Assembly: GCF_009914755.1 (NCBI RefSeq) | Contig: NC_060942.1 | Reading direction: 5' to 3' (one strand) | Source: the human T2T-CHM13v2.0 reference genome, Homo sapiens | Length of the DNA stretch: 64,000 nucleotides | Shown here: piece after piece, positions 1 to 16,069 of the stretch | Position numbering within the stretch: the first letter of the stretch is position 1 | Layout: each line of letters opens with the position of its first letter | Notes under the pieces: generated by a model | Told to the model about the DNA's origin: nothing | Database searches by the model: none | What the model saw: the letters and a program-made list of their open reading frames with translations, nothing else | Program-made: the position numbers and the translations under genes

Positions 1-756
1 AAATGACCTGATGGAGCTGAAAACTATGGTACAAGAACTTCGTGATGCATGCACAAGCTTCAATAGCCGATTCGATCAAGTGGAAGAAAAGGTATCAGTG
101 ATTGAAGATCAAATTAATGAAATAAAGCAAGAAGACAAGTTTAGAGAAAAAAGAGTAAAAAGAAGTGAACAAAGCCTCCAAGAAATATGGGACTATGTGA
201 AAAGACCAAATCTACATTCGATTGGTGTACCTGAAAGTGAGGGGGAGAATGGAACCAAGATGGGAAACAGTCTTCAGGATATTATCCAGGAGAACTTCCC
301 CAACCTAGCAAGGCAGGCCAAACTTCAAATTCAGGAAATACAGAGAACACCAAAAAGATACTCCTTGAGAAGAGCAACCCCAAGACACATAATTGTCAGA
401 TTCACCAAAGTTGAAATGAAGGAAAAAAGGTTAAGGGCAGCCAGAGAGAAAGGTCGGGTTACCCACAAAGGGAAGCCCATCAACTAACAGCGGATCTCTC
501 AGCAGAAACCCTACAAGCCAGAAGAGAGTGGGGGCCAATATTCAACATTCTTAAAGAAAAGAATTTTCAACCCAGAATTTCATATCCAGCCAAACTAAGC
601 TTCATAAGTGAAGGAGAAATAAAATCTTTTACAGACAAGCAAATGCTGAGAGACTTTGTCACCAGCAGGCCTGCCTTACAAGAGCTCCTGAAGGAAGCAT
701 TGAACATGGAAAGGAACAACCGGTACCAGCCACTGCAAAAACATGCCAAATTGTAA
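1..756 (+). pseudogene. L1 ORF1p remnant (5' part outside the window; frameshift near 484)
   Basis: ORF 11..487 is ORF1p-like but ends at KGKPIN*. ORF1-like sequence resumes in another frame to the native stop TAA at 754-756. Confidence 0.9.
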
Positions 757-819
757 ACACCATCGATGCTATGAAGAAACTGCATCAATTAACGGGCAAA
801 ATAACCACCTAACATCATA

Positions 820-3800
820 ATGACGGGATCAAATTCACACATAACAATATTAACCTTAAGTGTAAATGGACTAAATGCTCCAATTAAAAGATATAGACTG
901 GCAATTTGGATAAAGAGTCAAGACCCATCAGTGTGCTGTATTCAGGAGACCCATCTCATGTGCAGAGACATACTTAGGCTCAAAATAAAGGGATGGAGGA
1001 AGATCTACCAAGCAAATGGAAAGCAAAATAAAGCAGGGGTTGCAATCCTAGTCTCTGATAAAACAGACTTTAAGCCAACAAAGATCAAAAGAGACAACGA
1101 AGGTCATTTCATAATGGCAAAGGGATCAATTCAACAAGAAGAGCTAACTATCCTAAATAGATATGCACCCAATACAAGAGCACCCAGATTCATAAAGCAA
1201 GTCCTTAGATACCTACAAAGAGACTTAGACTCCCACACAATAATAATGGGAGATTTTCACACCCCACTGTCAATATTAGACAGATCAACAAGACAGAAGT
1301 TTAACAAGGATATCCAGGACTTGAACTCAGCTCTGCACCAAGAAGACCTAACAGACATCTACAGAACTCTCCACCCTAAATCAACAGAATATACATTCTT
1401 CTCAGCACCACATCGCACTTATTCTAAAATTGACCACATAGTTGGAAGTAAAGCACTCCTCAGCAAATGTAAAAGAACAGAAATCACAACAAACTGTCTC
1501 TCAGACCACAGTGCAATCAAATTAGAACTCAGGATTAAGAAACTCACTCAAAACTGCACAACTACATGGAAACTGAACAACCTGCTCCTGAATGACTACT
1601 GGGTAAATAACGAAATGAAAGCAGAAATAAAGATGTTCTTTGAAACCAATGAGAACAAAGACACAACATACCAGAATCTCTGGGACACATTTAAAGCAGT
1701 GTATAGAGGGAAATTTATAGCACTAAATGCCCACAAGAGAAAGCAGGAAAGATCTAAAATTGACACCCTAACATCACAATTCAAAGAACTAGAGAAGCAA
1801 GAGCAAATACATTCAAAAGCTAGCAGAAGGCAAGAAATAACTAAGATCAAAGCAGAACTGAAGGAGATAGAGACACAAAAAACCCTTCAAAAAATCAACA
1901 AATCCAGGAGCTGGTTTTTTGAAACGATCAACAAAATTGATAGACCGCTAGCAAAACCAATAAAGAAAAAAAAGAGAGAAGAATCAAATAGATGCAATAA
2001 AAAATGATAAAGGGGATATCACCACCAATCCCACAGAAATACAAACTATCATCAGAGAATACTATAAACACCTCTACGCAAATAAACTAGAAAACCTAGT
2101 AGAAATGAATAAATTCCTGGACGCATACACCCTCCCAAGACTAAACCAGGAAGAAGTTGAATCTCTGAATAGACCAATAACAGGTTCCGATATTGAGGCA
2201 ATAATTAATAGCCTACCAACCAAAAAAAGTCCAGGACCAAACGGATTCACAGCCAAATTCTACCAGAGGTACAAAGAGGAGCTGGTACCATTCCTTCTGA
2301 AACTATTCCAATCAATAGAAAAAGAGGGACTCCTCCTTAACTCATTTTATGAGGCCAGAATCATCCTGATACTAAAGCCTGGCAGAGACACAACCAAAAA
2401 GAGAATTTTAGACCAATATCCCTGATAAACATCGATGCAAAAGTCCTCAATAAAATACTGGCAAATCGAATCCAGCAGCACATCAAAAAGCTTATCCACC
2501 ACGATCAAGTGGGCTTCATCCCTGGGATGCAAGGCTGGTTCAACATATGCAAATCAATAAACGTAATCCATCACATAAACAGAACCAACGACAAAAAACA
2601 CATGATTATCTCAATGGATGCAGAAAAGTCCTTCAACAAAATTCAACAGCTCTTCATGCTAAAAACTCTCAATAAACTAGGTGTTGAAGGAACGTATCTC
2701 AAAATAATAAGAGCTATTTATGACAAACCCACAGCCAGTATCATACTGAATGGGCAAAAACTGGGAGCATTCCCTTTGAAAACTCACACAAGAAAATGTT
2801 GTCCTCTCTCACCACTCCTATTCAACATAGTGTTGGAAGTTCTGGCCAGGGCATTCAGGCAAGAGAAAGAAATAAAGGGTATTCAATTAGGAAAAGAGGA
2901 AATCAAATTGTCCCGGTTTGCAGATGACATGATCGTATATTTAGAAAACCCCATTATCTCAGCCCCAAATCTCCGTAAGCTGATAAGCAACTTCAGCAAA
3001 GTCTCAGGATACAAAATCAATCTGCAAAAATCACAAGCATTCCTATACACAAATAACAGACAAACAGAGAGCCAAATCATGAGTGAACTCCCATCCACAA
3101 TTGCTACAAAGAGAATAAAATACCTAGGAATCCAACTTACAAGGGATGTGAAGGACCTCTTCAAGGAGAACTACAAACCACTGCTCAATGAAATAAAAGA
3201 GGACACAAACAAAATGGAAGAACATTCTATGCTCATGGATAGGAAGAATCAATATCATGAAAATGGCCATACTGCCCAAGGTAATTTACAGATTCAATGC
3301 CATCCCCATCAAGCTACCAATGACTTTCGTCACAGAATTGGAAAAAACTACTTTAAAGTCCATATGGAACCAAAAAAGAGCCCACATTGCCAAGACAATC
3401 CTAAGCAAAAAAAAAACAAAGCTGGAGACACCACGCTACCTGACTTCAAACTATATTACAAGGCTACAGTAACCAAAACAGCATAGTACTGGTATCAAAA
3501 CAGATATATAAACCAATGTAACAGAACAGAGGCCTCAGAAATAACACCACACATCTACAACCATCTGATCTTTGACAAACCTGACAAAAACAAGAAATCG
3601 GGAAAGGATTCCCTGTTTAATAAATGGTGCTGGGAAAACTGGCTAGCCATATGTAGAAAACTGAAACTGGATCCCTTCCTTACACATTATATAAAAATTA
3701 ATTCAAGATGGATTAAAGACTTAAATGTTAGACCTAAAACCATAAAACCCCTAGAAGAAAACCTAGGCAATACCATTCAGGACATAGGCATGGGCAAGGA

Positions 3801-4650
3801 CTTCATGACTAAAACACCAAAAGCAATGGCAACAAAAGCCAAAATAGACAAATGGTATCTAATTAAACTAAAGAGCTTCTGCATGGCAAAATAAACTACC
3901 ATCAGAGTGAACAAGCAACCTACAGAATGGGAGAAAATTTTTGCCATCTACCCATCTGACAAAGGGTTAATATCCAGAATCTACAAAGAATTTAAACAAA
4001 TTTACAAGAAAAAAACAAACAACCCCACCTAAAAGTGGGCAAAGGATATGAACAGACACTTCTTAAAAGAAGACATTTATGCAGCCAACAGAAACATGAA
4101 AAAATGCTCATCATCACTGGTCATCAGAGAAATCCAGATCAAAACCACAATGAGATACCATCTCACACCAGTTAGAACGGTGATCATTAAAAAGTCAGGA
4201 AACAACAGATGCTGGAGAGGATGTAGAGAAATAGGAACACTTTTACACTGTTGGTGGGAGTGTAAATTAGTTCAATGATTGTGGAAGACAGTGTGGTGGT
4301 TCCTCAAGGATCCAGAACTAGAAATACCATTTGACCCAGCCATCCCATTACTGGGTATATACCCAAAGGATTATAAATCATGCTACTATAAAGACTCATG
4401 CACACATATGTTTGTTGCGGCACTATTCACAGTACCAAAGACTTGGAACCAACCCAAATGTCCATCAATGATAGACTGGATTAAGAAATTGTGGCACATA
4501 TATACCATGGAATACTATGTAGCCATAAAAAAGGATGAGTTCATGTCCTTTGCAGGGACGTGGATGAAGCTGGAAACCATCATTCTAAGCAAACTATCAC
4601 AAGGACAGAAAACCAAACACTGCATGTTCTCACTCATAGGTGGGAATTGA
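820..4650 (+). pseudogene. L1 ORF2p (endonuclease/reverse transcriptase), disrupted
   Basis: Split into ORFs 820-2007, 2105-2425, 2509-3486, 3257-3472, 4048-4278 and 4279-4650. Frameshifts fall in A-runs (~1970, ~2400, ~3210, ~3410), plus premature stops. Confidence 0.95.
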
Positions 4651-4845
4651 ACAATGAGATCACTTGGACACAGGGTGGGGAACATCACACACCGGGGCCT
4701 GTCAGGGGGTGGAGGGCTGGGGGAGGGATAGCATTAGGAGAAATATCTAATGTAAATAATGAATTGATGGGTGCAGCAAACCAACATGGCACATGTATAC
4801 ATATGTAACAAACCTGCACGTTGTGCACATGTACCCTAGAACTCA

Positions 4846-6810
<1,965 letters not shown>

Positions 6811-7589
6811 ATTCAAGGCCCAAGGTTATTTGGTTTTCCTGAGATTAAGTTTAAAAGATAGACTCAGACCAGATTATTAAAATCTACCATGTCTTTTTTC
6901 CTACCTTTAAATAAACATTGCCCTTTCCCTGTCCCTCTGTTAAAGTGTAAACACCTGAAGTTGTAATACTCTAGGGCTGTGAGCTTATATGAAGATTTCA
7001 GCACTAACAAAGGGGATTGGGGTCAGTGGGGGACTTAAAAGAAGACGGAACAATTTCCATGCCCCTCATTGTGGAAAATCTTTCTTTTAATGCTTTTTCT
7101 TCTCAGCATTGACACCTAGAAAGGGTAACCTGCGCTCCCTGTCTCCACATTGTCTTTCCCCACTCACTCCCTGCCCACTGAAATAGGATCCTGTCCCCAC
7201 TTCTCTCTCCCAAACTGTCTTTGCCTCTACTGCCAACCCAGCAGACACCTCAATCCTATCCCACCCGAGCCCTCTTCCCGGCATGCCACAGTTGGCCACT
7301 CTCACTCTGACGCCCTCGTCCCTTGGTTTCCTTAACACCTCCCTCTCCTCATTCCCCTCCACCTCTCTCCAGCCTCGGCTTCCAGAGCCAGCTCTCCTCT
7401 CTCGACCCCTTATAGGTGCAGACATCCTTCAAGGCTCTCCTTTGTGCCCAGACCCATCATCATTTTCCACTCTGCTCTGTCCTTGGTGACTCATCCAATC
7501 CCATTGCTCACATCAGTGGTTTTCTAACTGAGGGTTTCAACCCAACGGATTGTAAAATTTAATGGGTTGCTCTCAGATTTTTTTAATAA

Positions 7590-7980
7590 AAACTCTTTTT
7601 ATTGTGGCAAAATACACAATAACATAAAATTTACCATTTTAACCATTTTTAAGTCTACAGTTGAATGTCATTAAGTTCATTCACATTGCTGTGCTACCAT
7701 CACCACCATCCATCTCCAATACTTTCTCATCTTTCCAAACTGAAACTCCATACCCATTAAAAGATGACTCCCCATCCCACACCCAGCCCCCAGGAACCAC
7801 CATTCTACTTTCTGTCTTTATGAATTTGACAACTCTAGGTCTCTCATATCATTGGAATCATAGAGTATTTGTCCTCTTGTGCCTGGCTGATTTCACTTAA
7901 CACAAGGTCTCCAAGGTTCATCCATGTTGTAGCACATTTCAGAACTTCCTTTCTTTTTAAGGCCAATATTCCATTGTATT
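7590..7980 (-). mobile_element. L1M (L1MB-like) 3' fragment
   Basis: TTTTTTATTGTGGCAAAATACAC...CATAAAATTTACCATTTTAACCATTTTTAAG is the typical antisense L1M 3' end. Confidence 0.8.
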
Positions 7981-8003
7981 TTTTAAGGAAGTAGAATGGA
8001 TTT

Positions 8004-8331
<328 letters not shown>

Positions 8332-9928
8332 AAATGGATTTTTTAAATGAAGTAAAATAGAAAACATTAGAGTACATTTCTCGTAATAAGGCCAAGTATT
8401 GCTTCACAAAATGTTTCAGTTGAGTGTGTACATAACTGTGTTCAAGGTCTCCGGCTATAACATATGCCATACTGTGCTTCCCAATCATAAAAGTTTGAAA
8501 AACACTGATGTCAGTGGTTGGTGACTCCAAATCTACATTACTAGTCTGGCTCTTCCCAACGCAGTTCTGGGTAGCTCCACGCACGAGGATCCAGACCCAC
8601 AGCTGTCACCCTCCCCGCTCCCTCCCAGACACGCCATCCTCACAGGGTCCCTACTTTCTTCTCAGGAATTGGGCCCTGCCTGCCTCACTCTGTCCCCAGC
8701 AATATAGCTCTAACCCCTGAGTCATGCAGATTCACTCAACTCTTGCCTGCACTTGTCAATCCTTGCTCAAACTCGGTTTCATCCCCCTTCCTTTCACTTC
8801 TGCCTATGCCTGTGGATCATTCCCCTTTCTTGAAGACCCCTTCAAATGCCTCCATGTACCTTGAAACACAGTGATTTTCTCTGGCGCCTCCTCCTTGTTT
8901 TTAGAGTCCCTCGTCCATTCCTCTAGGCGTGCCTTTCTGTCTTCCCAATAGCCACCGGCTCCCTGGAGACCCTGGACTGTGCCTGCCTTGCACACCATTG
9001 TATCCCTAGCACTTAAAGAGTAAATCTGCATGAAGTATTTGTTCAATCAATCAAAACAGACATGGAGAAGCCAAGAGCATCAAGGAGTACGTTCACAACT
9101 TTGTTTCTTGTCTTTTTCTCCTCATTCACATAGCACATGCTTTCTCCATTAGAGACACTGAGCCCACTAAGCCACCTGCACTGCCCCACCTTCTCCCCTC
9201 CTGACCAAGGGAGGTGCTGCAAATGGACCCCCAGAGTTCTGACTGCTCTCAATGGGGTCCTCCCAAAAGCTCTGGTTGCAGAGCACAGGGAGAGCCCAGG
9301 GTCCAAAGAAGTAAGCACACATCGACTCACAGCCCCACTGCCATTTGCTCTGGGCTGTCGCTAAATTCTCCCTGGAAGAGCCTGCCTTTGCTGTGTCCCT
9401 GAAATCTTTGTGAGGTGGCATCGCACCAGCTCAGCACAGAAGCAAAGAATGGCAGCCTTCAGGAATCCCCTGGCTCTGAAGTGGACCTGCTCCCTGCAAC
9501 AAGTTCTTCTCACTTTCACTGGGCTGTGACAGTACCTCCCAGCCTCTCTACCTCTTTAACCCTTCCTGTAGGAGACCCAGCTAACATCCTTCTTAGGGGC
9601 TTTTATCCTGCCATTACCCTACTCCAGGGCCAAACACAGCTCCCAATGGCCCAATGAACCAAATGCAAATTGTTCTTCTCAATCTTCAAAACACTTTGCT
9701 GAGGCTAGTGACCCACTGTTACATCTGCCCTCTTCGTCCCTTCCTTCCACCTCACAGCAGTTGTATCCATTTCTTCATTGTGTCTCTTCCTGTTACAATC
9801 CCTGCGCGCACACACATAGTCCTACCTTCAATTATTTATTCATTATCCAATATTTATTGAGAACATCTTATGTGCTGGACACCAAGTTTGGTGTTCACAG
9901 TGCAGCTGGGAACAAAACAGAGCAAATT

Positions 9929-10242
9929 GGTTGGGCGCAGTGGCTCATGCCTGTAATCCCAGCACTTTGGAAGGCCGAGGCGGGCGGATCACAAGGTCAG
10001 GAGATCAAGACCATCCTGGCTAACAGGCTGAAAACCCGTCTCTACTAAAAATACAAAAAATTAGCTGGGTGTGGTGGCAGGCCACTGTAGTCCCAGCTAC
10101 TTGCCAAGGCTGAGGCAGGAGAATGGCCTGAACCCGGGAGGCAGAGTTTGCAGTGAGCTGAGATCGCGCCACGGCACTCCAGCCTGGGTGACACAGTGAG
10201 ACTCCATCTCAGAAAAAAAAAAAAAAGAAAGAAAAAGAAAAA
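9929..10242 (+). mobile_element. AluY-like element inserted in an L2 3' fragment
   Basis: GAGATCAAGACCATCCTGGCTAAC; TSD AGAGCAAAT at 9919-9927 and 10243-10251. The flank TTCATTATCCAATATTTATTGAG is an antisense L2 end. Confidence 0.92.
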
Positions 10243-10280
10243 AGAGCAAATCCCCACTGCATGGAGCTTTCGGTCTAGAG

Positions 10281-10476
10281 CAGTTTCTCAACCTCAGCAC
10301 TACTGACATTTGGGGCTGGAAAATTATTTGTTGCTGGGGGCAAACTATGCATTATAGGTCTTTACAACCTCTTTGGCCTCTTCCCTCTGCATGCAGCAGC
10401 ACTCTCCTCTCCCCAGTGTGAATGCCACAGAAGTCTCCAAACATTGCCACGGGGAATAGGGGATTGAGAACCACTG
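10281..10476. mobile_element. MER20-like hAT-Charlie MITE
   Basis: CAGTTTCTCAACCTCAGCACTACTGACATTTGGGGCTGG...TTGAGAACCACTG, with perfect 8-bp TSD GTCTAGAG at 10273-10280 and 10477-10484. Confidence 0.88.
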
Positions 10477-10484
10477 GTCTAGAG

Positions 10485-10658
10485 CAGCAGGAGGAGCTTG
10501 TTGCAGCTTGCAGATCGCCTGGGGAGCTTGTTACAAAGGCAGGTTAGTAGATCTCACCCGAAGACAGTCAGATTCAGGGGCTCAGGAGTCTGCATTTCAA
10601 TGGTCCTCCAGTTGGTTCTGATTCAGGCCCTCCCAGAGCCTCTGCTTGAAGAACACTG
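10485..10658. mobile_element. MER5-like hAT MITE remnant
   Basis: GATCGCCTGGGGAGCTTGTTA...GAGTCTGCATTTCAA...TTGAAGAACACTG resembles MER5A. Confidence 0.6.
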
Positions 10659-12603
10659 GTCAAGTGTTTGTAGACAGGAGACAGACTGATGATAATCACA
10701 TCAGGCCAGTTCATTACAATCATGATATATGGAGGAAACAAGATAGGTAAGCAGGTGCTAGGGGTGACACTGATGTGACAGCCACATCCAGTTCAAGATC
10801 AGGACTAACCAATGATTAAGCCAAGTGCTGCAGTGTAGGTAGGGTCAGGTGTGGGAGAGACGGGAGGAAATTGTGACACACTTGCATCTCTGCACCTTTG
10901 CTCCTGCCCACTTTTTGGATGTGCATGCCCCCTGCCCCCACCCTCAAATCTTACCCTTCCTTCAAGGCCCACTCAAGTTCAACTTCCTCTGGGCACAGTC
11001 TTGCCTAACTTCTCCAGCCTATCAGTGCTTCTCTTCTCAGACAGTTTAACATTCACTTTCTGTTTCATTTGTGGCTATTTTGTTGCCCCAAATAGACTTC
11101 GAGTCCTCTGAGTACCAAGACCACATCATCTCCTTCTTTACAGACCCTTATCTACAGGCACGCTTCCAGGATCAGCCCTATACAAGTTTTGCCTGGTTGA
11201 TTGGGTTGAGTCTCTAGAGTGAGGCCTGCAAGATAGCATCTATGCGATTCAGGGGGTCAGGGTCTCTGTGAGGGAGGAAGGGAAGCACCTTGTGTGCCTG
11301 CTGAACTCCTGGCAGCTAGCCCACCCACCCAAGACCAGGGAGGACTTGCCAGAGCAAGCAGGTAGTTTGGTTGGCGTTTGCCATGGGCGGTTGTATTTTC
11401 CCCCTGTTGACAAGGCAGAAGGAATCCCAGCAGCCCCAGCAACTTTGGGGAGGTGCCGGGAGGGGGCAGGAACCCAGAGCTGCCCTGCTGAAGAGCAAGT
11501 GCCAAGACAGCAGCAGGCAATCGGCCTGCAGGGCCGCAGCAAGCTGTGGGGGACCCAGCTGTCCTTGCATAGGATCATCTCAGGGGCAGCAGTAGCCAAA
11601 ACAAGAGGCAGGCCCAATCAGATCCAAGAAGCCAGGAGACTCCGAAGATGGCCTTTAAAGCCACCAGTGTCAGACAGCACTCAGGAGCTGCCACCAACCA
11701 GGGAACGCTCCCTGGGAAGGTCCGGAGCAGCAACTGGCTGTAAACAAATGTTCAGAACAAGGTGCCTCATTACTCCCCAGCTCCGGGGGAGTTACAAGGA
11801 GGGGAAACAGCCTAAGTGCTCGGCTTTTCCACTGGACAGCGACACCTAGCAGCGATCCTCACCCTCCCACCTTCGTGGGCAGCCCAGATTGGGAGCACCC
11901 ATACCTGATGTATCCACCTCACCCAAAGGATGAGAAGAGGGCTGTTTCGTTATGGGGAAGTTTAGAGAAGAAGGTGGGATGCTTACTTAGCTAGAGAGAC
12001 ATTTATTTTCCTATCAACCTAGGGGAGGGGCGGTGAGAGTAGGGAGACACTAGCAGCAAACTAAAAAACAGCCCAGCAGCTAGGAGAGAGGGCTCTTGCC
12101 AAGAGAGGCTCTGATATGGGTGTATCCTAGAGCAAGAACCTCCCCTAATCTCTCAAACCAGGCGGAGGAACCCCAAGTGTTTCCTTAAGCCAGCAGAGCC
12201 GGCAGAAGGAAGTGGCTGGCATTTCAGTGTATCTTCTGCAAATAGAGAGGCTGAGGCTGTGCCCGAATTGAATTTCTGAGTGACACCTCCTACTGCTCTT
12301 TCTCTTGGAGTTTAACCGTGGATTGGGGTGGAGTAGGGGGAGAGCCCAACGAGGGGTTAACTTATGCTGCAGCTCTGACCTTTTGCGCTAAGGATGAGAA
12401 AAAAAAAGCCATCTGTTTCAGAAGGAATCAGGTTGTTGAGTTTCACAGATCCAGTGGCTGTGGGATTGTAAGACTTCACTATCACTATCCCTGTCGCATA
12501 GCCACAGCCCACACTACCACCCCCACCGAACCCGAAGCTCCTGGAGGGGAAAATGCTTTTTCTCCCAAGGGTCCTTACGAAAGTTCAGGACTCGCGAGGT
12601 TAT

Positions 12604-12629
12604 AAACAAACAAACAAACAAACAAACAA
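12604..12629 (+). repeat. (AAAC)n microsatellite
   Basis: AAACAAACAAACAAACAAACAAACAA read directly. Confidence 0.9.
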
Positions 12630-13015
12630 TCGATACGATTTTGAGCCCTCCGACCCCGGAGTCCAAACAAATGGCCATAGAACTGTGGGTCTGGAGGACA
12701 CCGCTCCGATCCATGCGGTCTCTCCGGGTATTAAATGGATTTATCGTCAGCCTGGTTGCTTGGAATTCTATTCTGTCCTTCATTTTTCACAGCGGAACAA
12801 AGTTGTCTGGACCCTCCAGCCAGCGCTGGGCAGAAGCAAGCAAGGATGCTCTTGGAAACGCGGTGGCCCAAGCCTAAGCGGCCATGCTCGGGGCTAGGAG
12901 CGGACCCCACGGCCACTCACCCCGGGGCGCTGCGACCGAAGCTGCCGCGGCCACTGCCACCCGGGGGCTCGCCGGCCGGCTCCGCGCATCCCGCCCTCTC
13001 AATGGACTTTCTTAC

Positions 13016-13146
13016 CTCTTAATGTAGTTCCTGCCATACAGGATCTGTTGCAGCAAGGTCACCAAGGCAAAGGCGCAGATGAAGATGAAGAGCAAAGTTC
13101 GGCTCCCCAACAAATCCCGGTTGGCCGAGGGGTCCGCGTAGCGCAT
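13016..13146 (-). CDS. ST8SIA5: ST8SIA5 (alpha-2,8-sialyltransferase V) coding exon 1: cytoplasmic tail and type II signal-anchor
   Basis: Reverse complement gives gccaggATG, then MRYADPSANRDLLGSRTLLFIFICAFALVTLLQQILYGRNYIK plus AG|GTAAGA (131 nt, phase-2 donor, GT at 13015-13014). I recognise this as the ST8SIA5 N-terminus. It is too short for the ORF track. The remaining exons lie left of the window. Confidence 0.96.
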
Positions 13147-13817
13147 CCTGGCTACCGGGCGCCGCGGGCGCGGGGTACGGGGCGGCCAGGCAATGACTCG
13201 CGGGGTTCCGGGGCCCCGGGGGGCGCGCGGCCGACTTGGCGCCTCACGGTGCGGTCAGGCAGGCGGGGGACTTCGAGGGGCAAAGTTTCTGGTTGGCGCG
13301 GCCGGAGCTGGGGGCATCCAAGCGTCGCAGGCGCTGGGGCGGCAAGCAGGACAGGGCCGGTGGCAGGGAGCTCTGCCGCGGCCAGGGGCCTTCCCCACCC
13401 CCGGGTACCTTTACCTCCAGGCGCCGGTGCCGGGTAGCCGCCGATTTCCCCGCGGAGGGGAGACGCCAGGTGCCACGAGCCGGAGGCGGCCCCTCCCGCC
13501 GAGGTGGCGGCCAATGGGGAGCAAGACCCGGGCTCCGTCCCCTGTGCGCCCCAGCGCGCCGCGCATCGACCCCTCCAGTCCGGCGCCGGATCGCGGTTGC
13601 CCAGCGCGCTGTGCCCTGCCGGGGGCGGGCCACGTTTGATCTCCGGGCCCGCAGCAAGGGATCGCGAAGGTTGGCCTCCGGTTCTGCCGATAGGGACGGG
13701 GGGAGGGGGCGTACAAAACACCCGCGCAGTCTGGCTAATGATAGGCGGGCCGTGGGGAGGGGGAGGGGCGGAGCGCAAAACGCCGGGTTTGAATCTTGGA
13801 ATTAAAAAGAGGGCAGG

Positions 13818-14270
<453 letters not shown>

Positions 14271-15102
14271 TCAGCCGGGCAGCCCTTCAAGGACGGCGCG
14301 CCGCTCCTGCATGCTGATGGCCTGCGGGGCTGCCTGCCCGTGCCCCGGCGCCCAACTCCTACAAGGAAGAAATTCAGGGGCTCCCCGCCCCCGCCACAGT
14401 CCTCTTCCCCCTCCCCAGCTGCAACTCGGCAGCCGTTCGTCAAAGACCCTGTTGTCACCGAGACACTGGGACCTTGTCTCATCCTTGGAACCACTCGTAA
14501 ATCTTAGGTCAGGCAGCCGGCAGCCTTCGGGGACCACAGTCCCCCCAAAGCTTTAGGAAGCCAGTTACTACATCCGGAAAGATTCGTGCTTCAGAACGCA
14601 AGCCAGGGAGAATAATCACAGAAACGCAATGCGAATGTCGTGCCTCTCAGAAATTCTTAGCCTGAAATACCGTCCCCACCCCCCAACCCGGCCAGGCGAC
14701 AGTCCTGTCATCCTAACACCGCAGAGGCTCCAAGCGCTGGGAGTCGTGTGCCCGCGGCGCTCGCCACTGAGGCCGGTTGGAAGATTCTAGGGTGCCCCTT
14801 CCCAGGTTCCAGCAGGCACTCCGGGATGTTCTAGAGTCAGGCCAGGGATTCAACAGCGAACCTGACCGAAACTCAAACCTCAGCACAAGAACTTTGATGG
14901 GGGAAGTGCCCAGACTCCAATACTCTCGACCTTGGCATTTAGTAGTTTCTTCTTTGAACTGGAAAGATCAAATAATGCACAGTAAAATCTCATGATAAGG
15001 GTTCCACCAAGAATTCGGGATTTGTGTTAATTCATAAGGCAGAAGTGGCCCCTGTGCTATCCATGAAGAGTTTCTGTATTTCTCTGCAAGGTCACAGGTA
15101 GG

Positions 15103-15430
<328 letters not shown>

Positions 15431-16069
15431 ACAGGTAGGCTTTTTAACCAATTAAAGAAAAACTCCAACATTTAGAGGGCCCATTATTATAATAATTCCT
15501 GTATTTGTTTGCTGTCTGGCACATAAAAACGTGCTTCACTTGCATATATTAATGAATTTTCACCTCCTAGCCCCTGGCTAACCCATTTTACAGCTGAAAG
15601 GACTAAAGCAACAGATGCCCAAAGTAACTCACCTAGCAACAAGTCTTGGGATTCTGAGATGAGGTTCTTTCTCCCACACACACAGGCAGGCTGGCTTCTT
15701 GGGAGTGGGACTTGTTCATTTGTCCCCACCACCACCATTGATTTTGACTGATTGCTCCACTCTTGCTGTCTTCAAACTTTTGAACAAGGGGGTTTGCATT
15801 TCTCTTTGCACTGGGCCAAATTATGAGGTAGGTCCTACACACAGGCTCCAAGATGACAGTACTAATTTTTCACTAATTTTTCTCTACTTGGTGCTCAAGT
15901 GTAGAGTTTGAGGGGTACTATCATCTTCACTCCAGGCAAGGCACTGTTGTTTCTTTTGTATTCCTGCTTATTCTCCACCCCATCAGGTGCTCACTCTGAT
16001 ACCTGTCTTTGAGTGCTGTTTTCTTGGAAAAACAAATCTATTTTCAAGAAATGAATCAAAATTATCCTA

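Noticed and set aside
11268-11849. 193-aa plus-strand ORF
   Set aside because: GTG start, no recognisable domain, antisense within ST8SIA5 intron 1.
11820-11850. GGACAGCGAC as a REST/RE1 site
   Set aside because: Only the right half-site resembles RE1. The TTCAGCACC left half is absent.
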